Shown one piece after another: positions 48,246-64,000 of a stretch of 64,000 nucleotides of DNA. The translations under genes and the position numbers were made by a program. The notes beneath the pieces were generated by a model, which saw nothing but the letters and a program-made list of their open reading frames with translations, was not told the DNA's origin and did no database searches. Within the stretch, counting starts at the first letter, position 1, and every line of letters begins with the position of its first letter. The DNA comes from the human T2T-CHM13v2.0 reference genome, Homo sapiens. The stretch lies in the NCBI RefSeq assembly GCF_009914755.1, contig NC_060932.1. One strand, given 5' to 3'.

Positions 48246-49297
48246 AAGGGTGCAAACATAAGAGGCTGGGGAGTGGGCAGGGCAATCATGCTTGTAATTG
48301 GCAGCAGCAAGGGGTGGGATCGAGGGTGAGGGAAGAGCTGATGAACCAAAGAAGTAATTTAGGGTGGGCACAGCATTGCAGATGGTTAGGGCACAGTCTG
48401 ACTGAGAGGGCAGGTTGGGCCCTCTCTTACTGCAGAGCATGTGGCCTCCCATGCTAGCCATGCTGAATGGGGACAACAGGCATTTGTGTGTGAAGACACA
48501 CGCTGCCCACCACCATCCCACCCGGTGATGGTGTAGCTGTAGTCTCCCTTTGTCACTGCCATCTGCGCTCTTCTCTTTCTTCCACCATCAGACGAGGGAT
48601 GAGATGTGTTTCTCAGGAAATGCATGTTTAGGGGAAAGTAGGAGAATGAACCTCACGGGCTGGCAGATGATATATATCTGAGAGCTGCAAGGATAAGGCA
48701 GGACATGTAGGTAAGGCCTGGTTCTAGAGGGACTCCAAAGTTAAGCAGAGGCCTCTAGACTTCATCAATGGGGAAACTGATCAAATGGAGATTTGATCTA
48801 GGAATGCTAAAACGGAAGTGGTGAAACCAAATATATTAGCTACTCTCAACTGAGTGGTCTCTCCAAGAACAGAGAAACCGCCCACAGGCCTGCCTGCTGG
48901 GATGTTATTAAAAAGCTACCACACATACATTAGGATTTCTAGGTTTTCAAGTAAGTTCCAAAACGCCCCAGCTGATGACTTTAAACCATAGTACAAAAGT
49001 TTCTAAAGTTGACGGAGAAATTCTATTTCAAAAACACTATATTATTTGAAAGAAAAATAGTGCTTTTTATAAACCAAGCTATACAATAAGCTTTTGAAAT
49101 AAGCTTTTGGGAGGCTTGGCAAAATTGGAAAAGGAGGCCAGATGCCCTGCAGCTCAGGTCAACAGAAATCTATGACAAGGTTTAATGTCACAGAGGTGAA
49201 CTCCATCCATACATACTTAAATGAAAGGCTTCACTTGGGAGCTCTGGAAATTATTTTCGTTTTATGTATATATTTATAAAATGCATGTTCATATAGA

Positions 49298-49320
49298 ACA
49301 CACACACACACACACACACA
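49298..49320 (+). repeat. (AC)11 microsatellite
   Basis: Direct observation. Confidence 0.95.
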
Positions 49321-49669
49321 TTCTGTACACCTAGCACCAAACTTAGCCAAATTTAGAGCATCACCTATCTTTGTTGCCAATGATACATTTGATAACTGCT
49401 TAGATGTGCAAAAGCCCTCAGGGAAGGGTTGTAAAGAAGATACTTGGGTTACAGAGAGAAATGGGAAAACAAATTATTTATAGGTATTTACCTGTGCACC
49501 AGGAATATCATTTATGCTAATCTTTGGTTTGGACTTGGATTTGAGCTCTATCTTCGGCAAGTTTCTGTGGTGTCTTCCCAATGTCATGAAAGTTGCATCA
49601 TAATGCAGTGTGGGGAAGTAGAAAAAGCCTTGGGCTGAGAGTCAGGAGACATGGGTCTTAATACCCTAA

Positions 49670-49772
49670 CACCTGGGACAGTCCTAGTTTCTATGCGTTG
49701 GCTTGATATAATTCTAAGGAACATCTCCTTTCATTCTCAAAAGTGAACCAGTTTAAGAAGTGAATCATATGA
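49670..49772 (-). mobile_element. MER94-like hAT MITE
   Basis: cctgggacagtcctagttt...cctttcattctcaaaagtgaaccagttt. Confidence 0.6.
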
Positions 49773-49774
49773 CA

Positions 49775-50602
49775 GGGAATATCACAAAAACGGCTCCTCC
49801 TCCCTGAATCAACATCTTCTCCAATGAGACTTTTCAGCTTCTTCATCAAACAGTGGGATCTTTTTCCTTTGCCTTGAATCTGGACTCATCTTATGACTTG
49901 ACATTGGCCAATAAAACTAAGCGGAAGTGGCTGGGTGTGGTGGCGCACACCTGTAATCCCAGCACTTTGGGAGGCCGAGGCAGGTGGATCACTTCAAGCC
50001 TAGGAGTTTAAGACCAGCCTGGCCAATATGGCGAAACCCCATCTCTACTAAAAATACAAAAATTAGCCAGGCGTGGTGGTACATGCCTGTAATCTCAGCT
50101 ACTTGGGAGGCTGAGGCAAGAGAATCGCTTGGACCTGGGAGGTTGCAGTGAGCCAAGATTGTGCCATTGCACTCCAGCCTGGGTGACAGAGGGAGACTCT
50201 GTCTCAAAAAAAAAAAAAAAAAAGTGACAAAAAAACTCATAGTGGATGTCATGTGCCAGTTCCTAGCCAAGGCTTCCACATACCTTGCCTGTTTTTACTG
50301 TTTCTCTTGGAAGTCTGCCCAGGTGCCATGTGAACATGCCTGAGCTGGCCTCTTGGAGCCTGAGAGACCATGTGGAGTACAAACAAATCCTACTGGCTGA
50401 GGCCAACACAGGCCAGCTGACCCCCAGATGACCTGGTAGCTGACTTCAGATGCCTAGATGAACTTATTCCACAGCAGATACACTATCCAGGTGAGCCTAG
50501 CTTAAATTTATGATCCATTGAATCGTTAGCTAAATACATTTTTATTGTTTAAAACTAGTAAAATTGAGGTTATTTGTTATGTGTCAGAAGCTAACTGATA
50601 CA
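49775..50602 (+). mobile_element. MLT1 (F-like) LTR split by Alu
   Basis: ccttgaatctggactc...gtgccagttcctagccaaggc...ttgttatgtgtcagaagctaactgataca. Confidence 0.75.
49929..50222 (+). mobile_element. AluS
   Basis: Full dimer with A tail. Confidence 0.95.
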
Positions 50603-50682
50603 TATGGCCTCCCTAGTTCTAATGACCACTTTGTCTCTAACCATCCTCGCAAACTTGAGCAAATCCCTTAACTCTGGAGTTA

Positions 50683-50817
<135 letters not shown>

Positions 50818-50869
50818 TAAAAGTTAAGTGAAAGGCAAATAAATCTTGTAAAGAGGTAAGTGCTGTCGC

Positions 50870-51310
50870 CTCTATTCGTTTCCTATTCCTATTGTTGCCG
50901 TAAAAAAATTACCACAAACACAGCGGCTTAAAACAACACAGATTTATTCTTTTCCGGTTCTGGAAACGAGAAGTCCCAAATCAGTTTCAATCAGTTTCAA
51001 CAGCAGAATCTGTTCCCTGCCTTTTCTGGCTTCTGGAGGCCACCTGCATTCCTTAGCTCTGACCCCTTCTTCATTCCAACCTCTGCTTTAATTATTGCAT
51101 GTCTTACTTCCTCTCTGAGCTCCTGCTTCTGTCTCATAAGGATCCCTGAATTTATATTTGGCCCACCCAAGTAATCCAGGATTATCTTCCCATCTCAGGA
51201 TCCTTAATTTAGTCACAACTGCAAAGCCCTTTTGCTGTACGATATAACGTTCACAGGTTCCACGGATTAGGAACTGAATATCTTTGGGGACCATTATTCA
51301 GCCTACCACA
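50870..51310 (-). mobile_element. MLT1D-like LTR
   Basis: aattaccacaaacacagcggcttaaaacaacacagatttatt...ggggaccattattcagcctaccaca. Confidence 0.85.
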
Positions 51311-52324
51311 TTTCCCAGCAACTCTACATAGTAGGCACTCTCTTGAGAACTAGAGAAATAGAGATACAAAGAACAGTTCCTATGCAACAGTAGGAAGCGG
51401 ACTGCAATGACTTTCATGTATTCTTGAGCAATAATACTCTGGTGTTCTTCATTTCTGTGTTGCCACAATTGCCCCTTGCATAGCATAAGCCATTGCTTGA
51501 GGGGTGATACAAGAATGAACATTGTTCATTAAGGGCTTGAGATCTAAGGATCAATTTTTTTCCCAGTGCCTCATCCTAAGTGAGTCATACGGCCAGAATG
51601 CATTACATATATATATGCATTACATTCTGTTACCTGCTATATAGTCCGTACCTGAGATGGTGATGGTTTAGTAAGTGCAGCTGGAAAAAATGAGAAACTG
51701 AACGAGGGACATATATTAACTCCAATCTGGGAAGAGAGATGCTGTAAATGGAAGCTATCCATACAAATTACACACGCTAGAGTAATTACCTATTTGTGGT
51801 CAAGGGTGCAAGAGAGGGTAGATGGTAACAATAGGGAGAGAGAGTGTGCAAGAAAAGGATGAGACCTCAGGAAAAGGGGACTGAAAAATGCAAAGGAGAA
51901 GAAAGGAAAAGCAGCTCCATTTGGAAGAATGAATCTTATAAAATACCAAATGGCACAGCGACCACATGCAGGTAGCGCAGGCTGAGTGAAAGGCGGAGCC
52001 ACCCGCCCAGCCCTCCTGCTGGGACCCATAAGGCATGTGTAACCATTACCATGCCATCTGCTTCTATGATTAATTGCTTTTGAGGAAGCACTTATTCTCA
52101 GTGGGAAAAGATCAGAATATTACAAAAAGGATTTCTAGAAATGATAAAAATGACTGCTTGTCAAACTCGAATTGGGAAGTAAAACAGGGCTGGTATATGT
52201 GCTACTAAGAGAGAATCTAGAACTGAGACTCAGATGAGCTGTCCCTGCCAGGGGACCTTTGATGCATCAGGATCCTGGGACAGCAAGCAAAGTAGGGAAG
52301 ACTCACAACATGAATCAGGATAAC

Positions 52325-52425
52325 AATAACAACAAAATTTGCTGAGCACTTACTATGTGCTAGGAGTTCCATATGCATTAAGACACTTGGTACCAAAAAT
52401 GACACTGGGAGGTAAGTTCTACACA
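52325..52425 (-). mobile_element. MIR fragment
   Basis: atttgctgagcacttactatgtgctagg. Confidence 0.6.
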
Positions 52426-52446
52426 CCCTTGTCTTAAGATAAAAGT

Positions 52447-52724
<278 letters not shown>

Positions 52725-53412
52725 AGCTCTGAGGTACAGAAACTTCCTGATTCTCATGGAATAATAGTAGCAGTCTAGACTGAAATCTTTCCTACATTCC
52801 TACATCCTACAAAAACTATACAAATCAGCAAAAAAGCACAAGTTAAACTACCCCAAATATGTTTACAGTGTGCTTTTCTCTACAAGAGAAAAAAAGTCTT
52901 AAAATTGTATTCAGATGTAACCAGGAAGAGAAATATCCGGAATGAGCCAAGGCAATTCTAAAGTTCATGCAAAAGTAAAGATGAAAGTACAGAGAAAAGA
53001 GAAGACAATAACCCGGTGCAGGTTGGGGACTAATTGTGCAAAACGCTGAAAAAAAATCACCCCCAGAGAGATAGAGACCCACTCTGATTGAAGAAATTCT
53101 GAAAACAGGGCTGGTAGAGCAGAGCACTGGCTAAAGGAGACTTAGAAGGAAAGGAGTTGAAAGTGCTCAGAATACATGATGGCTATTTTGGAAAAGCACC
53201 ATTTCTGGAAGAGGGGGAGGCAACGTGGAGCAGAATGCTTGTAGGTGAAAGGAAAGGAAGAACCACGTGGCAAAAATTAAGGGGCCTTTAGAAAAAAAAA
53301 AAAAAAGGAAATGACAGAATCAGTTAACATTTCCTTCCCAGAGGCACTATTTATTAAAAAAAAATTGTACCTTACTACGCCGAGAAAAAAAGTACTTAAA
53401 TTAAGAACCCTA

Positions 53413-53652
<240 letters not shown>

Positions 53653-54989
53653 CTAGTAAACCACGCAAACTCTTTACACCTACCTTTAAAATAATCACGT
53701 GTTATTACTGGTCTATGAAAATAACGTAATGTATTTCAAATAACAGAAAATTACAGCTGATATACATACAAAGTTACTGTAAGAAGAAAACACAGCGTGA
53801 GGATTTGACTGAAGTTTTCTAGTCCTCCTCCTCCCTCTCCCCACAAAAGGCAGGGAAGACTCACCTTTCAACCAGCATTAAATGTAACTCGACTTGAACA
53901 AACATTTGAAGATATGAAAGACATCTCAAGATGTTCCATGAAATCGGGAAATACAAAAAAACAGTTGTGAAATAAGAGTTAACCAAACTAAAGGGAAAAA
54001 AGGAAAATCATCCCAAAAATTTAGATTACAAGAAAAAATACTGATTCAAAATATAAGGAACACTGAATAGAGGAGTAAAGATAGCCAAAACAAAGAAGAC
54101 AAAATAAGAAAGAGGTGAAGGGATCCAAGAGAAATTAAGATAGCTATAGAAGGTCGGCAAAAGAGACTCAACATACATATAATTGAAGTTTCAGAAAATG
54201 GAAAAAGAACTGCACTAATACTTAAATATAATCCAAACCAATATTTCTGAAATTGAAGAACTAACTATACATATTGGAAGGATCTCCTGTGGACCTGGAA
54301 ATTTTGAATCAGAATAGCCAACCATGAGATATCTCAGTAAAATAATCAGACTTGATAAAGGGAAAAAAAAAATCCTTTAGTTCTCAAGGTTAAAACCCAA
54401 GCTGTTATAAAAAAGGAAATCAGCTTGGCATTAGATAGCCTGACAGCAACATCCAAAGCAAAACAAAAGTAAAAGATTTTTTTTTAAACTCATGAAAATG
54501 TGAGCCAAGGATTTTATATTTAGCCAAACTGTCCTTCCAATATTAAAGGTAAAGAAAAAGTTTTGAAAATGCAAGACATAGTACAACATTTGGGAGCCCC
54601 ACCTAAGAAATTTAGTTGAATATGAGCTTTATCCAACCAAGAGAAAGTCATGGAAACGTTAACAAAACATCTCTTAGTGAGCACTGAATTTATTAATCTT
54701 TAAAGACTAAGACAAGCATAAAGACAAGAATGGAGAAACAATATGAAACTTACATACATATTCAAAGAAACAACAAAGCCGAAAACCTGGGAGGAGAGAG
54801 AGGAAAGTCAGTGTAAAATAAGTTTAGTAATTGCCAAATAGAAAATAGAATTAAAAGATTTGATTTACAACTGACAATTCACATAGAATATGTGCAAGTA
54901 AGGAAAGGGGAGGGGTGACTTATCTTTATAAAGAACAGTAGTAGAATAAAATAAAAAATGCCATAAATATAAAAATAAATATGCATTTT

Positions 54990-56180
54990 CTAGAGAGTGA
55001 AAAGACAACCCACTGAATAGGAGAAATTTTTTTTTGCAAATTATATATCTGATTAAGGGATAAAGGTTTAATACTCAGGATATATAAAGAATTCCTACAA
55101 CTCAACAACAAAAACACAAAAAACAAAATAAAAGATTTGAATAGAAATTTCTCCAAAGAACTTATAGAAATAGCCAATAAGCACATGAAAAGATGCTCAA
55201 CATTATTAGTTCTTAGAGAAATGCAAATCAAAACCATAACGAGATTACACCTCACACCTACTAGGATGGCTGTAATCAAGAACACAGAAAATAACAAGTG
55301 TTGGCAAGAATGTGGAGAAACTGGAAGCCTCATACATTGCTGGGGGGAATGTAAAATGGTGCAGCCATTGTATAAAACAGTCTGGCAGTTCCTTAAAAAG
55401 TTAAACATAGAATGACCATATGATCCAACAATTCTACTTTTAGATATATACCCAAAATAATTGAAAACTGGGACTCAAACAGATACTTGTATGAGAATGT
55501 TCATAGCAGCAGCATTATTCACAATAGCCCCAAAGTGGAAAAAACTCAAGTATCCATCACCAGATGAATGCTGAACAACATATGGTGTGTACACATGGTA
55601 TATTTCACCATAAAAAGAAATGAAGTTCTGATAAAGGCTACACATGGATGAACCTTGAAGACACTGTGCAAAATGAAATAAGCCAGACACAAAGGGACAA
55701 ATATTGTATGATCCCATTTCTATGATGTATCTAGAACAAGCAAATTAATAGAGAAGGAAAGTAGAATAGAAGTTACTAGGAAGTGGGGGGAGGAGAGAAT
55801 GGGGAATTATTGCTTAATGGGTATAGAGTTTCTGTTTGGGATTATGAAAAAGATTTGGAAATAATAGTGATGGTTGCACAACATTGCAAACGTAATCAAT
55901 GCCACTGAATTGTACACTTAACGGTTTAAAATGGCAAATTTTGCGTTATATATATTTTACCACACACTCAGAAAAGCAACGGAAGATCTATAGAGACAGA
56001 TTGCAGACTGGCGGTTGCCAGGGGGCTGAGGGAAAGAAGAAAATGGGGGTCAACTGCTTAATAGGTACAAGGTTTTCTCTCTGGGTGATAAAAAATGTTT
56101 TGGAATGAGATAGAGGTGGTGGTTGCACAGCATGGTGAATGGATTAAATACCACCCAATCGTTCACTTTAAAATGGTTAG
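54990..56180 (+). mobile_element. L1MB 3' region(s); last bases resume at ~59470-59510
   Basis: ORF 55137-55415 encodes the L1 ORF2 C-terminus; 3'UTR gccactgaattgtacactta; a second 3' end ...gttcactttaaaatggtta. Confidence 0.88.
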
Positions 56181-59468
<3,288 letters not shown>

Positions 59469-59536
59469 TAAGATGGTTAAGTTTATGTTATGTGAATTTC
59501 ATCTCAATTTAACAAAGCGATTAAAGAATGTAAAAA

Positions 59537-59671
59537 GCCAGGTGTGGCAGTTCCAGGGAGTCTGAGGCAGGAGGATCCCAGCTACCAGGGAGGCTGATGT
59601 GGGAGGATCACTTGAGGCCAGGAGTTGGAGACCGGCCTGAGCAACACAGCAAGACCCATCTCTAAAAAAAA
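59537..59671 (+). mobile_element. Rearranged Alu monomer (FLAM-like)
   Basis: gggagNctgaNgYRggaggatc present twice, then gaggccaggagttggagacc. Confidence 0.8.
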
Positions 59672-60650
59672 ATTTTTATTTATTTTTTCATTTACCAGTA
59701 CCACTTGCCAATTTTTTTTATTTTTTTTTTTAACTTCTAAAAGGGATAGAAATAATCCAATGAAACAGATCACATATAGAGAAAAACACAGTAAATACAC
59801 AATGTCATACGCATGCTAAAGATAACATTAGAAAAGATTACATATTTGAGACCAAATATACCAGTCACATCAATGAGTATAAACGGAGTTGATTCACCTA
59901 TTAAAAGAAAGTTTTCAAAAGTGCCTCACAAACCCAATTCTATGATGCATAGAAGAGACATACCTATAACAAAGTTATTTAGAAAGGTTAAAAATAAAGG
60001 TCTAGGCAAAGGTAACCCAGACAAATATAAACATTAAGGAAAAAGTGTTATGATTCCTATAGAGAACAGTAGAATTCAGGGGAAAACTATTAAACGATTA
60101 AAAATGATAAAGTTCAAACTTCAGAATGAAGATTTAATAGTTATCATGATCTATACACCAGCAAAATAGCAACCACCTTCATGAAGCAGAAACTATACTA
60201 ATAATTGAGAGAAGCACACAAATAATAAGAGATTTGAATGTGTAACTCTCAGTCCAAGGCAGAACAAGCTAATGGAAAATACTTAAATATTTACGGACCT
60301 AAAAAACAAAAAGAGCCCACAATCACTAAGGTAGAATCTATCGATATATGTAAAACTTTAAACCTTAATATTATAGAACATACCTTCTCTTCAGGAGCAC
60401 AAAGAACATTCATGAAGATTATCCATACTGTGTTACAAAGGGATATCAATCATCTATGAAATAGATATAATATAAACAATCTTCTCCGATCACAACACAT
60501 TCCAATAAGACATTAATACTGTAGAGGAGGAAAATATAATTTTCTCTCTACCTTTAAAGTTCTCAGTTGGAATGGGTCCCTACAACAAAAAAGACATTAA
60601 GAGGAGAAAAACAAATTAATTAGCATGCATACTTCAGGTAAACATGGGAA

Positions 60651-61334
60651 TATGAAAGGAAAATAAATCTTGGGACCACCAAATCACTAAGCCAAAGTCA
60701 GGCTTGGAATTGCATCAGGCAAACCTGCCTCCCATTTTATTCCGAAATAAGATAGCTACAAAGATAAGCTACATACCTCCCTCACAATTTGTCCACAAAG
60801 TAATTCCCCTAAAACAGTTCTTTTGAGTTTCAGTTTGGCAATGTAAATTGATAGCTTATTTTCACAGGTGCAGGACAAAGGACAGAACTCAAAATCATCC
60901 CTCTGCTCACCTAAGACAAATGCATATCTGATTGCTTCCTCTACCCTATTGTTCATGGAAAAATGCAGATTCACTGAGGCAGTCTAAGGCATAAGTGACT
61001 ATTATTCTATACTCCTCTCACATGTAAATTGTGTATTCAGAGAAAGGATGACCAAAGACTCAAAAGAATGCAACTGTTTGTCTTTTATCTACCTATGACC
61101 AGAAGCCCCTGCTTCGAGTTGTCTTGACTTTCTGGACCAAACCAGTGTACATCTTATACATATTGATTGATGTCTCATGTCTCTCTAGAATGTATAAACC
61201 CAAGCTCTGCACCGACCACCTTGAACACATGTCATCAGGACCTCTTGAGGCTGTGTCATGGGGGTGTCCTTAATCTTGGCAAAATAAACTTTCTAAATTG
61301 ATTGAGACCTGTCCCAGATACTTTTTGGGTTCAC
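60651..61334 (+). mobile_element. MER4A-like solo LTR
   Basis: tgaaaggaaaataaatcttgggacc...ggcaaacctgcctcccatttt...aaataaactttctaaattgattgagacctgt. Confidence 0.88.
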
Positions 61335-61378
61335 GGAGATACCCAGAGAAATGAGTAAATCCCAAAGTGGTGGCTGTG

Positions 61379-61753
61379 TGTATTAGTCTGTTCTCATGTT
61401 GCTAATAAAGACATACCTGATACTGGGTAATTTCTAAAGGAAAGAGGTTTACTTGACTCACAGTTCCACCTGTCTGAGGAGGCCTCAGGAAACTTACAGT
61501 CATGGCCGAAGGGGAAGCAAACACATCCTTCTTCACATGGTGGCAGGAAAGAGAAGTGCTGGGTGAAGGGGGAAGCCCCTTATAAAGTGATCAGATCTCG
61601 TGAGAACTCACTCACTATCATGAGAACAGCATGAGGAGAAACTTCTCCCATGATTCAATTACCTCCCACCAGGTCCCTCCCATGACAGGTGGGGATTATG
61701 GGATTACAATTCAAGATGATATTTGAGTGGGGAAACAAAGCCAAGTCATATCA
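61379..61753 (-). mobile_element. THE1C-like solo LTR
   Basis: tgtattagtctgttctc...catatca; perfect 5-bp TSD ctgtg at 61374-61378 and 61754-61758. Confidence 0.93.
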
Positions 61754-62667
61754 CTGTGAATTCAGGTTTTAATACCTTAGCCTACTGAGCAAAAAAAGAA
61801 TGGAGTGGGAAAGGCCATTTACGGGTAAGTGCCCAGCACAAGCTTGGCAAACGAGGGTAAGGTGTGTTATGCAGATCAAGTCCATGCTTTCTCCATTGAG
61901 AAGACTCTCTAGTGATTCTCCTCTTCCTGGTACAGAGGGAGACACTCTTACAAATGAAGGTTTCCTTTGTACATGTAGATTTCCTCTACAAAAGGGTAAC
62001 TTCTACCCGTTTTTGGAGCTTTTCCTCTGTCTGCAGTTTCTCAAAATAATCAGCTCAAAATAATCATCATGCTAAACAGGCTTATTTTGGGGTGGCATAT
62101 TCTGGTCTCCTAGAGTCATATTTTGGGGTGGTATATTCTGTTCTCCCACAGTAACAAACATTTAACAAGGCCCTTCAACTTAGAAATGAAAAATATCTCT
62201 AACAAACAAGCCTGGGTTTAAGCAGAAATGGAAACCTTAATTGCAAAATTTTTTTTTTCAGTTACAAGAATGAAAACATGATATAATCACTACATTTCAC
62301 AGTTAAAATGGAGATGACTCACTTATTAAAAGAAATAAATTTTTAGAGACAAAGTCAACAATATTTATTATTAAATGCTTAATAAATTATCTAATAAAAT
62401 ATTAAATACTTAATTCATTATATAATAACCAATATTTATTATTAAATACTTGAGAATAAAAGTAAAGGAATTAAACTTCCAATTCAAAAAGCGAGAAAAA
62501 GAAAATCCTATATAAAGAAAGCATTAAAAAAATACAGGTTAAAACAGAAATTAACAGAAAAACCTTTGAAAAAGGCAGAGAAATAGACAAACCAGACTCT
62601 AACTTAACTACGGAAAAATTGAAAAATCCACAAATTCACAAAATAAGAAATGTCATGGGGAAACTAG

Positions 62668-63286
62668 TGCAGGGGCAGAAAGGTGTGATACCTTTCCTCA
62701 CCCATCGTAAAACTCATGGCCAACACTCCTATAACAAAAGACAGGTTAAAGGACAAAAGCATAAAAAATTTATGTAATTAAAATTTTAGGTGACACAGGA
62801 CACTTCAGAAATAAAGACCCAAAGACCAAGAGAAAGCTGTCTATTTTTATACTTTGGTTCAATGAAAGCTAGCTGTGTGATTGGACAAAAAGGGTATTAT
62901 CTAAGAATAGTAGACTGATGAGGAAAAAGCAGCAAGCCCTGTTGGGATTCTTCTTTGCCTCTCTGGGTAGCATTTCTTCCTCCTGGATGTGGGGCAGGAC
63001 CCCTTCTGGAATGAGGGTCTTATGGTCAGATAAGGTAGGTTAGAATTTCTTTATGGAAAGGTCGGGGAAGGGTAGAGTAACATTTCTAGGATTTTTTGGC
63101 TTGCTTTGGGCAAGAGGGATTCTGGTTTCTATGACCCAACTTGGGGAAGAAGAACTCTGATTTCTATGGGTCAGTTTAGTGGGGAATGAGGGGAGAGAGC
63201 CAGGAGGGAAGAAGTTCAGAGAGACCTTGGTTCTGAGGCTGCTTCTAAGAGCCACACTTTGGCATATTATCTTCTGAGCCCCAATA
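62668..63286 (-). mobile_element. ERV1 MER4-group solo LTR (MER39B/MER31-like)
   Basis: tgcaggggcagaaaggtgtgatacctttcc...ttctgagccccaata; 4-bp TSD ctag/ccag. Confidence 0.8.
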
Positions 63287-63747
63287 CCAGTCATTGAAAC
63301 ACAGGGTATTGAACAAAAACCATGAGAGCTTACTTTGCACAACTTTATGTAAAATACATTTTAAAATGTAGATGGAGTGTATAATTTCTTAGGAAAATAC
63401 AATTAATCAAAATTGACCCTAGTAGACATTAATGCACCATACTGGACCAATTTCCATAAAGGTAGAGGATGTTATTAGACATCAACTCTGTAAAGAACTA
63501 CTGTACCCAGATAGTTCAAAGAGGCAGCTTTTCAAAGTCTAGATAATTCTAACCTTCTGAAATATAGACTAGGAAATTCAAAATTCTTCTTATGACACAA
63601 GAATAACACTAATGAATAAATACAGATAAAGAATCAAACCAATTTTACTTATGAATATTGATGCAAAAGTCAAAAAAATTAGCAAAGGGAATCTGACAGC
63701 ACATTTTAAAATAATGAATAATGACCAATTGGATTATTTTGTGTAGG

Positions 63748-64000
63748 TGTTAAACAAAATTATGGGAAGCCAGTGTTTGGGACTGAGCTCCTGCTTTAGA
63801 CGCCAACAAACCAAACCAAAATGGAGCCACTCATGATAAGTGCCACAGAATAAAACTGAAACCTGAAGGAATCAGGTAGATCCACAAACAGAGCTGTTTT
63901 TCCTGAAAATAGGAGATTCACAGCAACCAATCAGAGAGGGCCCAGTCAACCTCAGACAGTGTCAAAAGGAAGTTTCTTCTGCTTTAACCCTTACAAGAAA
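63748..64000 (+). mobile_element. ERV1 LTR 5' part (family unresolved), cut by window edge
   Basis: tgttaaacaaaattatgggaagcc...ggactgagctcctgc...aaatggagccactcatg...ccaatca. Confidence 0.75.

Larger units (their letters stand above)
60520..62150 (-). mobile_element. MER34-like ERV1 LTR hosting MER4A and THE1 insertions
   Basis: TG...CA ends; right end carries tattttggggtggYatattctg twice; sequence continues across both inserts. Confidence 0.75.

Overview
Primate (human-like) nuclear DNA, almost certainly intergenic or deep intronic. It is dominated by transposable elements: about 29 Alu/FLAM/FRAM pieces, one full-length but dead L1PA6-like element (10427-16631), many older L1 fragments, about 15 LTRs (MaLR and ERV1/MER4 group), L2/MIR relics and small DNA-transposon MITEs. 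I recognise no host protein-coding exon and no tRNA, rRNA or snRNA gene. Nearly all supplied ORFs are Alu, L1 or low-complexity artefacts. Subfamily names are from memory of consensus sequences, and identities are hand counts. I found no support for a new biological system. The best unexplained structures are: (i) a ~460-bp half-Alu plus flank copied from ~52.6-53.0 kb into ~6.04-6.51 kb with no poly(A) or TSD and a stuttered junction; (ii) an unrecognised ~160-270-bp direct repeat at 44.3 and 46.6 kb whose core is ~88% identical and bounded by an inverted repeat; (iii) a 3'UTR-only mRNA retrocopy nested in an MLT1 LTR; (iv) an L1MA with both ends and a TSD but a large internal deletion; (v) several template-switch repair scars.
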